DNA of 60,815 bases, filler included, from Globobulimina sp. (taxonomy: Eukaryota), in the NCBI GenBank assembly GCA_003354225.1. It is 4 parts of 4 records of this genome, joined end to end, with 100 filler letters (N's around TTAATTAATTAA, not from the genome) between each part and the next. Parts side by side here need not be neighbours in the genome. Positions count along the whole stretch, not along the records: positions 31,176 to 46,155 come from PIVH01000006.1; positions 46,256 to 60,815 come from PIVH01000007.1; 2 more parts are not named here. One strand, given 5' to 3'. A program made the translations under genes and the position numbers. Shown one piece after another: positions 33,741 to 46,724 of this stretch. Numbering within the stretch: the stretch's first letter is position 1; every line of letters starts with the position of its first letter. The notes beneath the pieces are model-generated. The model was not told the origin of the DNA. It saw only the letters and a program-made list of their open reading frames with translations, and did not search any database.

Positions 33741-34562
33741 TTAGTTATTGCACTTCCTATGAACAATGGCTGGCCCACTTTCGTCATATTCAATTTTAGT
33801 AATCCACATCTCCTGAAATGTGCTCAACGACGCCAACAAAGCACCACCAATCCACGCAGAATATTTCCTTTCCGCAGGTCCCAAATAAGGCATTTCCTTT
33901 CTCAGTCTCTCCTCAATTCCTTGCATCAAACTACCGCCTCCCGACAAAACTATATTCATATAAAGATCCCTTCGTATATCAACATCACATTTCATTATTG
34001 ACGCCCACAATAATTGGTGTAATCCATCCTGTTCTGTCGCGATCGATTTTGGTTTGAATAATATTTCACCACAACTTGCCCTTTCTAGACCAAGTTTTAT
34101 TCTCTTACCGTCCGGCAATGCGTAGGATTTAGTATGTCCAATAAACGGATTATCCCCAAAATACTCAAAACAAACATTCTGCACTTCCAATGGTATGCGC
34201 ATTTGTGTGCAATAACTACGATTTATATCCCCGACATATCCAGAAACAATACATGTTGGTCACAAAATTTCTTTTGTGATTCCGCAGCATAATCTAACGC
34301 ATCCATTGTTGTGTTTTTCGTCTATGATCTGAAGATGAAAAGTTACATACCATATCGTCGAAATTGGTGACCATTCCAAACTCAATTGGAGACCTCACAG
34401 TGAATATATTGTTTTTGGAAACCGCTTCCTCACCAATGTAAATTCTATTTTGCTTATTTCAGCGCTGGGGGTGCCATCAGTAGCAAATCCGGCTTGTATT
34501 GTGTAGGATCCATTATCTATTATGATAATGCCTGCTTCTTCTTGGTTACAACTGTTAGACAT
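33741..34562 (-). pseudogene. Degenerate, internally deleted actin gene
   Basis: IIDNGSYTIQAGFA, then a frameshift to YIGEEAVSK..SPIEFGMVTNFDDM. A large part of the core is missing. C-terminus [48 protein letters not shown]. Confidence 0.75.
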
Positions 34563-34750
34563 TGAATTATTCGATAATAAGTTTCAGGTTTTGCGAGGCT
34601 AGCTAGCTCAAAAAGTATCCTTAGTTGACTTGTATTCGCGATTCAAAGGCTAAAATTAGAGAGCATTGTTAGATTTGAAAAAAATCAAAAAAAAAAGCTC
34701 TATGGGTTCTAGGAGCATATTCCGCAAAAATAAAAAAAAATATTGTTTTG

Positions 34751-36610
34751 TTATATTTGAAAATAAATCATACTTAAAATTTGCTGTATTTCTTGTTTAT
34801 TATTGACGTTTAGTATTTTGTTTACATCTTTGTTTGTTTTTATACATTTCTTTAAAGCATTAATAGTCAGTATACCGTTGTTAGTCAAATTTGCTTTAAA
34901 TTGTTGTAATGTTTTATTTCTGCTTAACAATGCATCAAACTCTTGTCGCATCCGTTTAAATTCCTCAATGCGTGTCAGTAATAATTGTATGTGTATTCGT
35001 GTGGTTATTCCTAATTCATTTCTAATTATATCTTCATCGATATATTCAACCATTGTAATGTCATTATATTCATTCTTTACAAATGTTGACAAATATTGCT
35101 TTAATCTGACAATCTCACACAACCAATATTTGAAGCGTTCTTCACAGAAACTATGCGTATTCTCATTATTTAATTTTAAACCGTCACAATTTCCAATCTG
35201 CTCCACACATTCTAATAATCGTTGCTTTAAATAAATCACTTCTTGCGTTTGCCTTTCATATTTTGCGTGTAAATGTGCATATTGTTTTTTGCAACTTTTA
35301 TTTTCTTGCTCTAATTTGAAACACAGAAACTTATATTTCTCAACTTCTTGATTTGGTGTTTGCGAATATTCAGATAGTTCTGGTTTTTGTTTTTGTATTT
35401 CAGCTTTTTCAAATGTATCAATTTTGCCAAAACAAAATCTTAATATGTCATCGGCATTGCTATCATTAAATATCTTCATAAATATTTCATAAGCCACCAA
35501 CGCATCGTTTGCAGCATAGTCAATCTGCCGTTTACTTAATCTCTTTTTTTCCCACTTCCAATGGTTTATATTCTTTTTGTATTTCATATCTTGATTTAAC
35601 ACCAATTTACACATTTTTTCTAATCCTTTTATGTCCGCATTTATGTCATTTAGATCCACACAGCCAAGCATTTCAACGCCATACTCATTCATTAACCTTT
35701 CTTTATCATTATTTATGGCAACACCGCATTTAATAATTTTACAATTCTGCAAAAACGATATTAATTCATTGGGTATGCTTTTTAATAAATGTAAACGAAT
35801 TAAAATAATCAGCTGATCTGGAAATGCAATTTGCATTAACGATATTCTCTTCGCTTGGCGTCTCCATTCCAAATCAAATCCAACTACACAGGGATTATAA
35901 TTCATTAATCTATTTATTGCGTGTATACAGCCTATTTTATGTCTGACAATTAGTGTTTCAATCCCTTCGTGAAGCTTATTTAGATTATAATTATAACTGC
36001 ACCTTTTCTGGTCGACATCAGTTGCTTTAAACTCTGATTCAAACACTTTCGATTTCGATAAAGTGTCATTAGTATTCATTTCATGATGATTGGAATGTAT
36101 ACCATACGACATCTTAACTATTTTATCAAAATCAAGAATTTCTTTTGTTGTGGCAACGTCTTCTGCAGTCAGCCAGCAATGTAATTTTTGGCAACGATAG
36201 TCGGAGCATTTCTGATTTGGTAAAAGAAATAATTGACAATAATTAGCTGATTGCAAGTAGGCTTTTAATTTTCTACCATTATCAAATTTAAAATTATTGT
36301 TATTAATGTATTTAATTGCATTCGTTGCGGATTGTTTTGTTTCAAAAGTTATTTTCACACGTTTTGATTGAAATGCTTGATCTCGTTTTGTGTTTCCACC
36401 GTCGAAAAATACATCAAGAATATTACCAAATGTCCCAAACCATATATCGGATCTTAATGTATTTTCATTGTTAATTTGTAATGGTAATCCCAACACAATA
36501 CAAACATTTCGTTTATAAAATTTTATCTTCAACAATTCTGAAACTGTACATGGCGGGCCATGCGGATGATTATTTATCATTGTATTTTTGTTGAATGTTT
36601 GTTTTGGCAT
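34751..36610 (-). CDS. NOT4-type RRM + CCCH zinc finger + DEDDy (WRN/EXD2-like) 3'-5' exonuclease + coiled coil + SAM-like domain protein
   Basis: VLGLP..FGTFGNI..VKITF..GRKLKA; YCQLFL..KC..RCQKLH; VVGFDLEW, LMQIA, NDK, GCVDL, W..RLS..QIDYAANDA; WLCEIVRLKQYL..F...ELGI. Confidence 0.78.
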   Translation of the reverse strand: MPKQTFNKNTMINNHPHGPPCTVSELLKIKFYKRNVCIVLGLPLQINNENTLRSDIWFGTFGNILDVFFDGGNTKRDQAFQSKRVKITFETKQSATNAIKYINNNNFKFDNGRKLKAYLQSANYCQLFLLPNQKCSDYRCQKLHCWLTAEDVATTKEILDFDKIVKMSYGIHSNHHEMNTNDTLSKSKVFESEFKATDVDQKRCSYNYNLNKLHEGIETLIVRHKIGCIHAINRLMNYNPCVVGFDLEWRRQAKRISLMQIAFPDQLIILIRLHLLKSIPNELISFLQNCKIIKCGVAINNDKERLMNEYGVEMLGCVDLNDINADIKGLEKMCKLVLNQDMKYKKNINHWKWEKKRLSKRQIDYAANDALVAYEIFMKIFNDSNADDILRFCFGKIDTFEKAEIQKQKPELSEYSQTPNQEVEKYKFLCFKLEQENKSCKKQYAHLHAKYERQTQEVIYLKQRLLECVEQIGNCDGLKLNNENTHSFCEERFKYWLCEIVRLKQYLSTFVKNEYNDITMVEYIDEDIIRNELGITTRIHIQLLLTRIEEFKRMRQEFDALLSRNKTLQQFKANLTNNGILTINALKKCIKTNKDVNKILNVNNKQEIQQILSMIYFQI

Positions 36611-36683
36611 AGTCAGTTAATATAATTTACGTTTTGTTGAAAAACTTGCCAGGCAGTCCAGTCTCACTGAAAAATAAGTTTAA

Positions 36684-38001
36684 ATGCTAACTAAGTTATT
36701 GCACGCGTTAATTGTTTGCGTTGCAGGTTTATTATTTGGTATAGGGTATATTCATAATTATAATACCCATATATTAACTCCTTTACAATCGATTGCAACA
36801 AACAAAGATGTGACTGCCAAATGCATGTCTCCTCAATTTCAAACATTTCAAAATAATGATATAGGCCAATCACAAGTTATCATCAATAACATATCATTAG
36901 TTATTGGCGTTATTCATATCAATACATTCAACAAATACATTGCATTCCTATACATACTTTGTGTAATAATCTCATTATTGTGCAATATTCAACTTTTATT
37001 ACAATTCAAATCTCAAACAATATGTGTAAATGAGATGTGGTTAATATTCCAATCATTATTACAATGGTTTGGTATCATATCAGTCATAGGAATGGGTTAC
37101 AATATGTATTACAAACAATATATTCATTATCGACTATGGACATATTGCAGTTTTGTAGTCTCAATATCAATGACAATTTATTTTGTTTCATGTCGTATGA
37201 TGTCTCAATTCATTCCAACATACAATGGCCTTCCAATGGATTACATTGCTATTTCTGCCATTTATCCGTCATTGCTTTTCTTAAATCTATTATGTTTTTA
37301 CCTATCTTGTTATTGATATTACAGTAGCACATAATCGCAATTTAATGAGATATACACAACAATTAACAGCATATAATCCAATCTTATTTAAATTTGTTAT
37401 TCCATGGTCAAATGTAACTGCGTTGCAATGGATATTGTTATTTGTTTGGGGAGATATAAGAATTGAATATCTGGGAATTGTTTTGATTAATATTTGGTGT
37501 ATTTCTGGTATATTATCAAGCTTTGTTATATTAGCAATTCGTAATGGAGCATTCCGTAAATTTGACAATAAATATCCATCCATTATGCCATTGTTATTGG
37601 CACTTTGTTTGTTGATATGTTTGCAAATATTTTGGAGAGCATATAATCATTCATATTTGTTTCAAATTGTGGCAAATCCATCATATTTATACAGTGAGTG
37701 CACATATTGGTATTGGGTTTGCAAAGCAATCATTTTATTGATTGAAACTGTCGCATGCTTTTATTATTATTATTTTATTGCTACATATAACAGTGACCGG
37801 TTAATGGAATGGACATTGCGATTAAATCAAAGTTGTGCTACATTTGCATATATAATGCTGGTTTATTTCAGTGTTACTTATTTGGGAATCACGAATGAAA
37901 ATAATATAGAGCATGGCTGGCAAATTATATTCATGATTGAGGCTGTCATCAAGTTTGTGTTGCCTTTGTTGTGGAATATTTATGACAGTGCTTATAATTA
38001 A
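36684..38001 (+). CDS. Multi-pass membrane hypothetical protein (two consecutive ORFs, probably one spliced gene)
   Basis: Consecutive hydrophobic ORFs 36684-37316 and 37345-38001; TTACAG acceptor at 37324; donor uncertain. Confidence 0.5.
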
Positions 38002-38029
38002 CAGACTCACTTTTTCACATTTACTTCCT

Positions 38030-41000
38030 ATGCCTACTAATTTCCAAGTTATATATTATTCTCTGCCTGTTATAAATGTGTGGTGTCACTAATCATATAT
38101 ATATATATATATACTTTGTACAGCAAGTCACAGCTTTTGTGAAACAAGCAGCGAAAGAAGTATTTGAAAGTGACAAAATTGCCGCTATTATATACAATAC
38201 AATTATAGATGAAGAATATGAACATAAAAATGATATTTTGAACGATTTATCTGAAATGCATGAAAGTAACATTATATTGACGGTATCTCATAAAATAAAA
38301 CGAAATAAAAATATTACTATAAAATGGAACTATAATTCGAAATATAATCTGCGCAAATTGCTACAAACGATATATAGCAGCAATACAATCGACATTGACA
38401 TCGCCACATTCAACTTTAAAGAATTGCAATTTATTCAAACATTTACAGCCCAAATCCGAATCATCGCAAAGGAATTGAATGAAAGCACAATGAAAGAAAA
38501 CCCTATCAATGTTGAGAAAGTTGAACAATTATTTGATGACAATATACATTTAAATGCATCCACAATTTGCAACACAACACCTCAGCAATTTTGTGCTAAA
38601 GCAAAGTTATTCGGCATTAAACAATTTAAATCTAAAAAACTGCTCAAAAAAATACAAGCTAAATATAGAGAAAATACATTGAGTGCAACAGCTAACGATC
38701 CGGTATGAATTAATATTTTGTGAATGATATACAGTTATAATTAATATCAAATTAAATATCCAGAGAGAAGCATGGAAAGTCGGCTCAAAATGCAAAATTA
38801 AATCCAGCTCAATTGCAAAGCATAAATGGTGCGATGGGGTTATTATGGATATATTTGACGATGATCTGGGTGAATGGTTGAAAGTTGGTTACACTGCAAA
38901 TCATATCGCAAAACATAAACAGATCCAGCGATATAATAAAGATATTAAGCCCGTACTCCCTGTTCCAGTGATTGACGAAAAAGCAGAATTCGAAGAGGAT
39001 GATTTATTGCCAGCTTTACCACAAATTAGATTTCAAAATAAACCAAAATCTACACATAGAAAAACAGCTAGTTTCAGTAATATAAATAATATTAATAATC
39101 AACGTTCAAAACCAACTTATTACAAACAAAAAACCGCACCGCTGCCGGCTATTGATGAGCTAGTATGCATTTATGTGTTTATTGTAAAAGTAAATTGCAA
39201 ACGTTTTTGTTAATTGTCAGGCCGGACCTAAACAGTTATGGACCCCGCGAAGATCCAAAAGCAAGCGTCTGAACAGTTTGTCACAAACAAACCTTCCATT
39301 TTTGAGATCGACTTCATTTGAATCCAATATGTCTCCGCTTATAGAAGTTGAATGGAAAGAAGGCGCTATTTGTCAGACATACATTCGCTCCAAAAGTGAC
39401 TGGGTCGATGCTAGAGTTACGCGCATATTTCATGATAACAATGAGCGATGGTTGCAGTTGAGATGCGATGACAGCAATAATACCGTGTTAGAAATAGCAG
39501 CCGCAGACCTGCAGAATATACGCAATCCATTTCACGAAATTGGAGGACATAATAGATGCATATCAACACAGTCTATGCTACCAAACAAATTTGATGAAAG
39601 CAGCATGGATTCGTTATTGCAAACATTGGCTCAAGTCATTGATGCTATTAATCACGAAATAGATTCGTCGCACAATTTTTTATATCAAGTGTACCATCTC
39701 GACACGAAGGACAATTACAAAACTAACAAATTTATCTCGTATGAACACCACGAAGCGATGAAATGTTATACGCAAATTGTCGAACAAAGATATAGTACAT
39801 CGATGTTATGCAATGGCTGTGTTTTAAAGGAATACGGTCTGAGTGATTTGTATAATATTTCAACAGCGCACGCACAGAGTGATTACAATACGATTTATTT
39901 ATCATTGCATAGCGAGAAATTGGACAAAGAGGAGATTGTAAATGCATGGCGTGAAGAGACAGCGAAATATAATCAAAAGTGGTTGTTGTCAGTGAAGAGA
40001 GAGGATTTTGTGGCGGATTTTATAGAGAAATTCAATAATGACATTGTACAGAATGCAATCAAGTTATATGATAAATTAATAGCGACATTGAAATTTGGTG
40101 GCAGTGAATTAAGGAAAGAAGAGAAGGATTATTGCAATGATATGATGTTTCTGTGGACTAAAAAAGATATACAACTCAAGGCTGATCAAACCCAAATCGA
40201 GTCATTGGATCATATTCATTTTTTGTATGTGGTGTCTCTGATATTAGACACATTAAAATCAGAATTTCGAGATGTTGCAATTAAGGATATATTATTATGT
40301 TTGCATAGGATTGAAATGAACGGATTTTTGTTTTCAAAGATTGGCAGGAATGCATTTACTGGCAGTGTCATTATACATTCTCATTCGTTTAAGGAGGTCA
40401 AATTGGAGGCATTGCAAGGTTTGGTGGAGTGTACAGGTAAATTATTCGACGAAATGCAGAATTTTGATTTAGAATCGATACAACCATCATCAATTTGTAG
40501 CGTATCTTTATCAAATTCAGAAACACAGTGCCATGCACCTGACGATGAGGAAAAAGATGACGAGAAAAAACCTAAAGTTTAGTAAACACACAAAAAAAAA
40601 AATACAATACTTATAATTTTTTTATTATGTTATAGATGCAAGAATTGGACACTTTTACTCAATGGATGATCACTTTTGATGCCCAATATAACCGAGGGAC
40701 ACCATTCAATTTGAAAATGTTTAAACCATTGACTGCAATGTATACAAATACAAAAGATGTGGCTGGCGATGGTGTGAAGATTATAATTAATATGAAATAC
40801 GACAATTACTCGACAGATTTAAATGAGAAAACCTATGATCATGTCTTAAAAAGCTTTATTGCATGGTCCATAACATTAAAATGCCGTAATTTACGATGCG
40901 AAGAAACTTTGAAATTGTGCTGTTTTTGTGACATTAACACCTTTCAATTGTATACATATAATGTTATAATGGGAATTATTAAGTTAAAAGCAAACAATGA

Positions 41001-44000
41001 CTACGAATTATTGGCCAAATTAGCAAATACAGAATTGAGTGTTGATGCAGTATCGGCAGCATTTTGTGCGGTATTATGTGCTGAGGAGAGACAAAGAAAA
41101 TATTTTAAAGCCTATCAGTTGTTTGTTAATGAATGGATAAATTTCGAATTCTATAATTTCCGATGTGAATATTGCCAGCATATCAATAAAACTGTTATGA
41201 TTGATCGCGTCTATCAATATGCAAAGACAATGGACTGTTGCCGCCTATGTAACAAAAGACAGATGTCGCGTCTCAGAAACAACCAGCCTCAGTTTGATAT
41301 GAAAGTAGCATTAAAACATAAAAACCGTGACATTGCTTACAAACCATATGAAGCAGACACTGAGTTCAGTTTATATTCATTGAACGAATATTTATGCAAA
41401 TGCAGTGTGGACGAGTACCATTTGAGTGCATTTAAGAAGTATCTGAAAGATGAAGAATATGACTCTGACGCTGTTATGCAAGATTTAGCGGATAAACGCA
41501 AGAAACAATCGAATATTTATAAGGTGCTTTCATCACTGTCAAAGAAAACAAATTATTACGCTTCGTTTCGGAAATATTTAAATTATGATCGCTATCCGAC
41601 ATACAAAGGCGGCGCACTTATTCGGTATTTGGTGTTACGACCAAAGTATTTCTCTTTGTTGAAAGAGATCTGTTTGAACGATATCATTCCATTAAAGATT
41701 GAAGATTGGCAACTTATAATACTCGATGAGGTGAGCCAGCAATATAAAAAGGAGAGCATTTTCAGCAATGTCACAGATAAAAGATTCGGAATTGAAGCAG
41801 GAGAACCAATTGGCGTCCACCATTTAGTTGCGATATGTTTATTTACTGATGATCGATTCAAACAATATCGACATGATTTTACCAAATCGTATTGGTTATG
41901 GTCCAAAAATATCCATTGCAATAACTTTTATTTTATGGGAAGATATATCTATGAAAGTGTGCAATTTTACGGTACAAAATTTACAAAGAATATTAATAAA
42001 AAAGAACATTTTTATTTGGGTCTTAAGAAAGTGGTATCATTTGATTACATTGCTCCTGTTTTTAATTCGCCGACATTGACCACTGAAAATCTACAAATTG
42101 CGCGCGGTTTTGCGGAAAGAAATGGCTGTACTTTAGTTTAGTGACAGATTTATAGATATATTTTGTATTTGTTATTTATTTTTAATTGAGTTTGCTTGGT
42201 ATGTAAACACAGTCTATTCGACCAAAATATGTTGGAGATATCGACAATTCCAAAATTTTATATGCGTTTTTATTCAATAAAAATATCAGATTGGTAAAGG
42301 GCACAAAATTGCAATTACGATCCATTCAAACTATTGATCCATCGCAGGATTTATCAGCCATAGTTTTAGCGATGCAATACATCGAGAAAATATTGCTTCA
42401 AACAGAATTTGATGCACATTTTTATAATACGGATGATTTATATTCGCCAATAAATATGAAAAAGGCGTATTTATTGATCATGGATAAGATTGGGAGAAAC
42501 ATTGGGAAAGACATTGGCAAAACATTAACGCAGTACGCACGCCATTTGTTTGATAATTGGTGTTTTAAACGAGAGTTTGTTACATTTGAGACGTTTCGAT
42601 TGGAAATGAATTATATGGATTACAAATTGAAAGAATTCTTATTTGATAAAAATCGAAAGAAAATAAATATAATAAATGTCGTCAAGTTTCTACCAAATCT
42701 GCAGCATTATCATGATATAAATGGTGTATTGAGAGATGTTAACAGACAAATTAAGAGAGAGACAACTCCAAATTCACAAAATGATAATAGAAGCAATGTA
42801 AATGCTGTGTTTGGTTTATTGTATAACTGCCAATCACACGATATCCCCTATCATATTGTCAATGCATTGGCCGATATCCATTTCGAATTTGATAAATGCA
42901 AAGGCGTTTTGCGTGAAGCCTTTAGAATGAAATTATCCAAATTAGATATTAATATTCAATCATTTTATGCAAAGAGTACATATTTTAATGAGCAATTAAT
43001 GTCAATTGGAATATCAGCAGTCGTGGCAGCATATTGCATCAACAGTGTCAAAAAAGAGCCGTCAGTCAATACAGCCACCAAATCCGCAACATTTATTGAA
43101 TTAATTTTAAATCAATTGGACACTCAATATGGTAATCACGTACATTGCGATTTATTTAGCTTAAAAAAAGCATTTCAAAAGTTGTATTCCAAAGATTTGA
43201 CAAAGTTTCAGAAAGCTGTGGAAAAACGAGAAAATGTCACCATTCAGGATTTGTATAAAGTGGCTGGAACAATAAAGATATTCAATGAAGAACAGGCCAA
43301 GAAATTATCAAAATATTTATATATAAAAATGATGGATGATAAAGAAAAAATTGTGCCGTGGGAATGTCAGACATGCCAGTTTTTGAACTGTGCCTTAATG
43401 GTAAACAGTTTGTGGAGATATTATAATGAAGGCAATAAATGCGGTTTGTGCGGCGATCCACGATATGTTATCACAAACAATATAAAAGGGAGCGAAAAGG
43501 AAGAAGCGCCCAGATTGAGCAGACGAGCTACTATGGCTTTTTTGAAATTTAGTGGCTATAAATCAGAAATGATGAATACGCAAACTATCAGCAATAATAA
43601 CGACGGGCCAAGTATTAACAAGACAGAATTTGGTGAAATTGATGATATCTCAAAATGTACATTATTCAAATCAGTCAAACATTTAACTGCAGCACAATTG
43701 GCGTTTTTATTAGAGAATCATTTTATTGTTAAAATTATTGAGAGTGAAGGCGTAAAAGCAAAGGTTAAGGAGCTTTTGATACAGTATAAAGAAAATATTA
43801 TCGCATATTTCTATGAGAATAAAATTGATGGAACAACATTTAGTGGGATGAAGAAAATGAAATTTATTAAAGATCTAAAAAAATGGTGCAATAATAATAA
43901 ATTGCATAGTACCTTAATTCAGTTATATAATGCAATGAAAACATGCGATTTAACGGCAATTCGTAATATTCCAATTGTTGATAATGACACTGATATAAAA

Positions 44001-45825
44001 GAAGTTGATTACGCGGAGTTTATTGCAGACTGCCCAGCAATGCAAAAAGTTAAAATTATACTGCAGTGTTTTGAAGATATGACTGTCGATGTTAAGTATA
44101 TACATTATGAATGATATGCATATATATATATATCACATTTTTTATTGTTGTTTTTAGCTATATTTAACTGATGATTTATATCCATGCAAAATGAATTTAT
44201 TTTTATCGTTATATCCTCGTTATTCGCCTGTTGAATTCCTAAATGACACTGACCATATTATCAAACACAAACTGAAACATCAACAATTATGTGGCGAAGG
44301 TGAGGAATGCGTTCATATGCAACGAGCGTTTAGAGACCGACACACCAAACAATGCAAAACATTGCCTTTAAAGAAACAGTTTTTTAATACCAACAATCAG
44401 ATTGATTTTGTATATATTTCAATGTTAGATCGCGCGCATTGTTTATTGAAGCATTCAGATGATGTGATAACTAAAATGAATTCGAAAAAGAAAGTTGACG
44501 TTGAAAAGTTATTGAAAGACGATGCGACAAAAATAAAGTATCTGCCATACAATACCGGTGTTTATATGCAATATCATACTTTGAATCCATTGTATCAGAA
44601 TTTGTTTGACGAAATCATACGGAATCGACAACTGGAAATCAGCGAAGATCAATTTAATTCGGATTTGGAAGCATCAAAATTATATTTAAAAACTGAAAGT
44701 GCGACGCGGAGAGCATGCAAAACGAAGAAAGAATATGGCATTAAAATCAATGAAGCAATGCATATTGAACACGTTTTATGTATTAAGTTTTATTGCAATT
44801 ATTCAAAACTATGTGAACGATTTCGAAGATCATACAGAAAAAACCACATTGAAGACACCAATGATGACATAATACGGAGTCATTGCAACAATCATTATTG
44901 GTTTGGTAGATTTTTGACGACAGCCATTGAATTCTTTGGTGACATCCCCAAAACATCCGACTATTTTTATCACGGACTGTCGGACAAATTTGTATTTCAT
45001 CACTTTTCCACAGTTTATGAGATACCAACCTCCACCACCTGGGATATCACGGTGGCGCACAATTTTTGTGATGCAAATGGTACGTTCTTCTTTTCTATTT
45101 AATACTGTTATGTTATGTTAAGTGGATAATTATAATTATGTAAGGCATCGTAATCAAGCTTTCGCCGAAATATACGACAGCTGCAAATAATTCACGATGC
45201 TTAGATGTATCGGCAATGAGTGAGTTCAAGTCGGAGAAAGAGAAATTAGTTTGGTATATACTTACAATTCATTGTGACCGATTACATAATAAATTAAATA
45301 TGTTTACAGTTTGCCGGAATGACAGTATTAAGCATAACAAATATGTATAATCCATCGGATAATGGTTGGCATGGTTATGGTAAATATGTAGCATCGTTGT
45401 TATATTTTGAACGAATTATTGAACAAACTATTCATCAAAAACATCTTTATAATTATGGCAAACTTAGAAAAACAGAACAAAGGAAAGATTTGGTGCCGTT
45501 GATACAACATCAAATGAAACGGAATGGATACGATGCAAATGAGAAGAAAGCGGATGATACTAAATTGCCAAAATATATTTGTGTATTGTTTGAATTCTTT
45601 TGTGATAATAAAAAGCATCACATTGATCTAAGCTGCATAAACGAGGAGATATCATCAATGGATATTTCATTGCAACAGATATTATTTCATGATATTGATT
45701 GGGATAAAAACAAAAATTTAAAAAAGTATAAGATTAATAATACAAATTTAAAATACATATTCCCGAATTTGGTCGAATATAAGAATCATATGGGATATTG
45801 GATATATGTTCAAAGTGCACTGTAA
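38030..45825 (+). CDS. Giant multi-exon protein with Tudor/SH3-like repeats, CxxC zinc ribbons and two ADP-ribosyltransferase-like domains
   Basis: Same-strand ORFs linked by short GT-AG introns. Second ART-like domain reads FYHG..PTSTT..F..G/IVIKL..LDVS..SEFKSEKEKL/F. Start codon is tentative. Confidence 0.65.
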
Positions 45826-46155
45826 ACTAAAATATATTTATATTTATTTTATTAATATAGGGATCACCACACTAACTCTTTCGTCATTTTGCTTGCTTTT
45901 TGTGTTGTTATATTGTGTGTGTATTGTATGAATCAGATAGATCCTAAAAGGAAAGACTTCAATTCTTCGAATTGACAAAGTTACAAATTGGGAAATTTTC
46001 ACTTTTTGGGAAAGTCGATCACAAGTTTATTTTTTGTTTCTTATATGTTAATTAAAGAATACAAAGCACGAATTTTATAGAGATAAAACTCTACTACCTA
46101 GATTCAAAACTCTATGAATTTCAAGAAGAGTTTCCAAAACTCTTTGATTTTTTTA

Positions 46156-46255
46156 NNNNNNNNNNNNNNNNNNNNNNNNNNNNNNNNNNNNNNNNNNNNT
46201 TAATTAATTAANNNNNNNNNNNNNNNNNNNNNNNNNNNNNNNNNNNNNNNNNNNN
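46156..46255. other. Artificial contig spacer
   Basis: N-run, TTAATTAATTAA, N-run. Confidence 0.99.
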
Positions 46256-46335
46256 CAACCAAATCCTGTGTTGTGACTGGATCTCCAGCGCGGGCATTTT
46301 CCCATAGGACCTTGACCACTCTTCGGGCTTCATCT
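46256..46335 (-). repeat. Copy of internal gag sequence (matches 58718-58797)
   Basis: 79/80 identical to 58718-58797; the single difference is 46307 G vs 58769 C. Confidence 0.95.
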
Positions 46336-46714
46336 ATTATCAAAAGCTAACAAATTCTCAATATTAACGTCATTTGGACTCGTAGATTCCGGATTTTTCG
46401 GTGTAGCTCCGGCTACCGTATTATTTTCGACCGATCTCGACGTTTTAGGCGTTTCTGACACCAAATCGCGACGATTCGAAATTTTATCTTGACGTTTGCT
46501 CTTCGTTTTCTCTGGCAAACCCGAGGCTAAACTACTCGACGATTTCGACACGTTTGCGCGTGTATTTGGACGTGGTAAACTACTATTAGGCGTATCCGTC
46601 ATAATTGTATCAGTTGGGGGTCGTTTTTGCAGTGTATTTTTCAGCAATTTCCGAGCACCTATCACGGTGTGGTACACGATGTATATATATGTAACACAAA
46701 ACAACGCAAGTCAA

Positions 46715-46723
46715 CTGCCACCA
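46715..46723 (-). promoter_or_regulatory. Primer-binding site, tRNA-Leu type
   Basis: TGGTGGCAG one nt after the LTR end ...GTTACA; complementary to the ...CUGCCACCA 3' end of eukaryotic tRNA-Leu(AAG/TAG). Confidence 0.75.
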
Positions 46724-46724
46724 C

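Larger units (their letters stand above)
46256..46724 (-). mobile_element. 5' end of a second, internally deleted tandem copy of the LTR element
   Basis: PBS, leader and S/T/P/N-rich ORF (MTDTPNSSLPRP..., start 46602) fused out of frame to mid-gag sequence at 46335. Confidence 0.75.
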
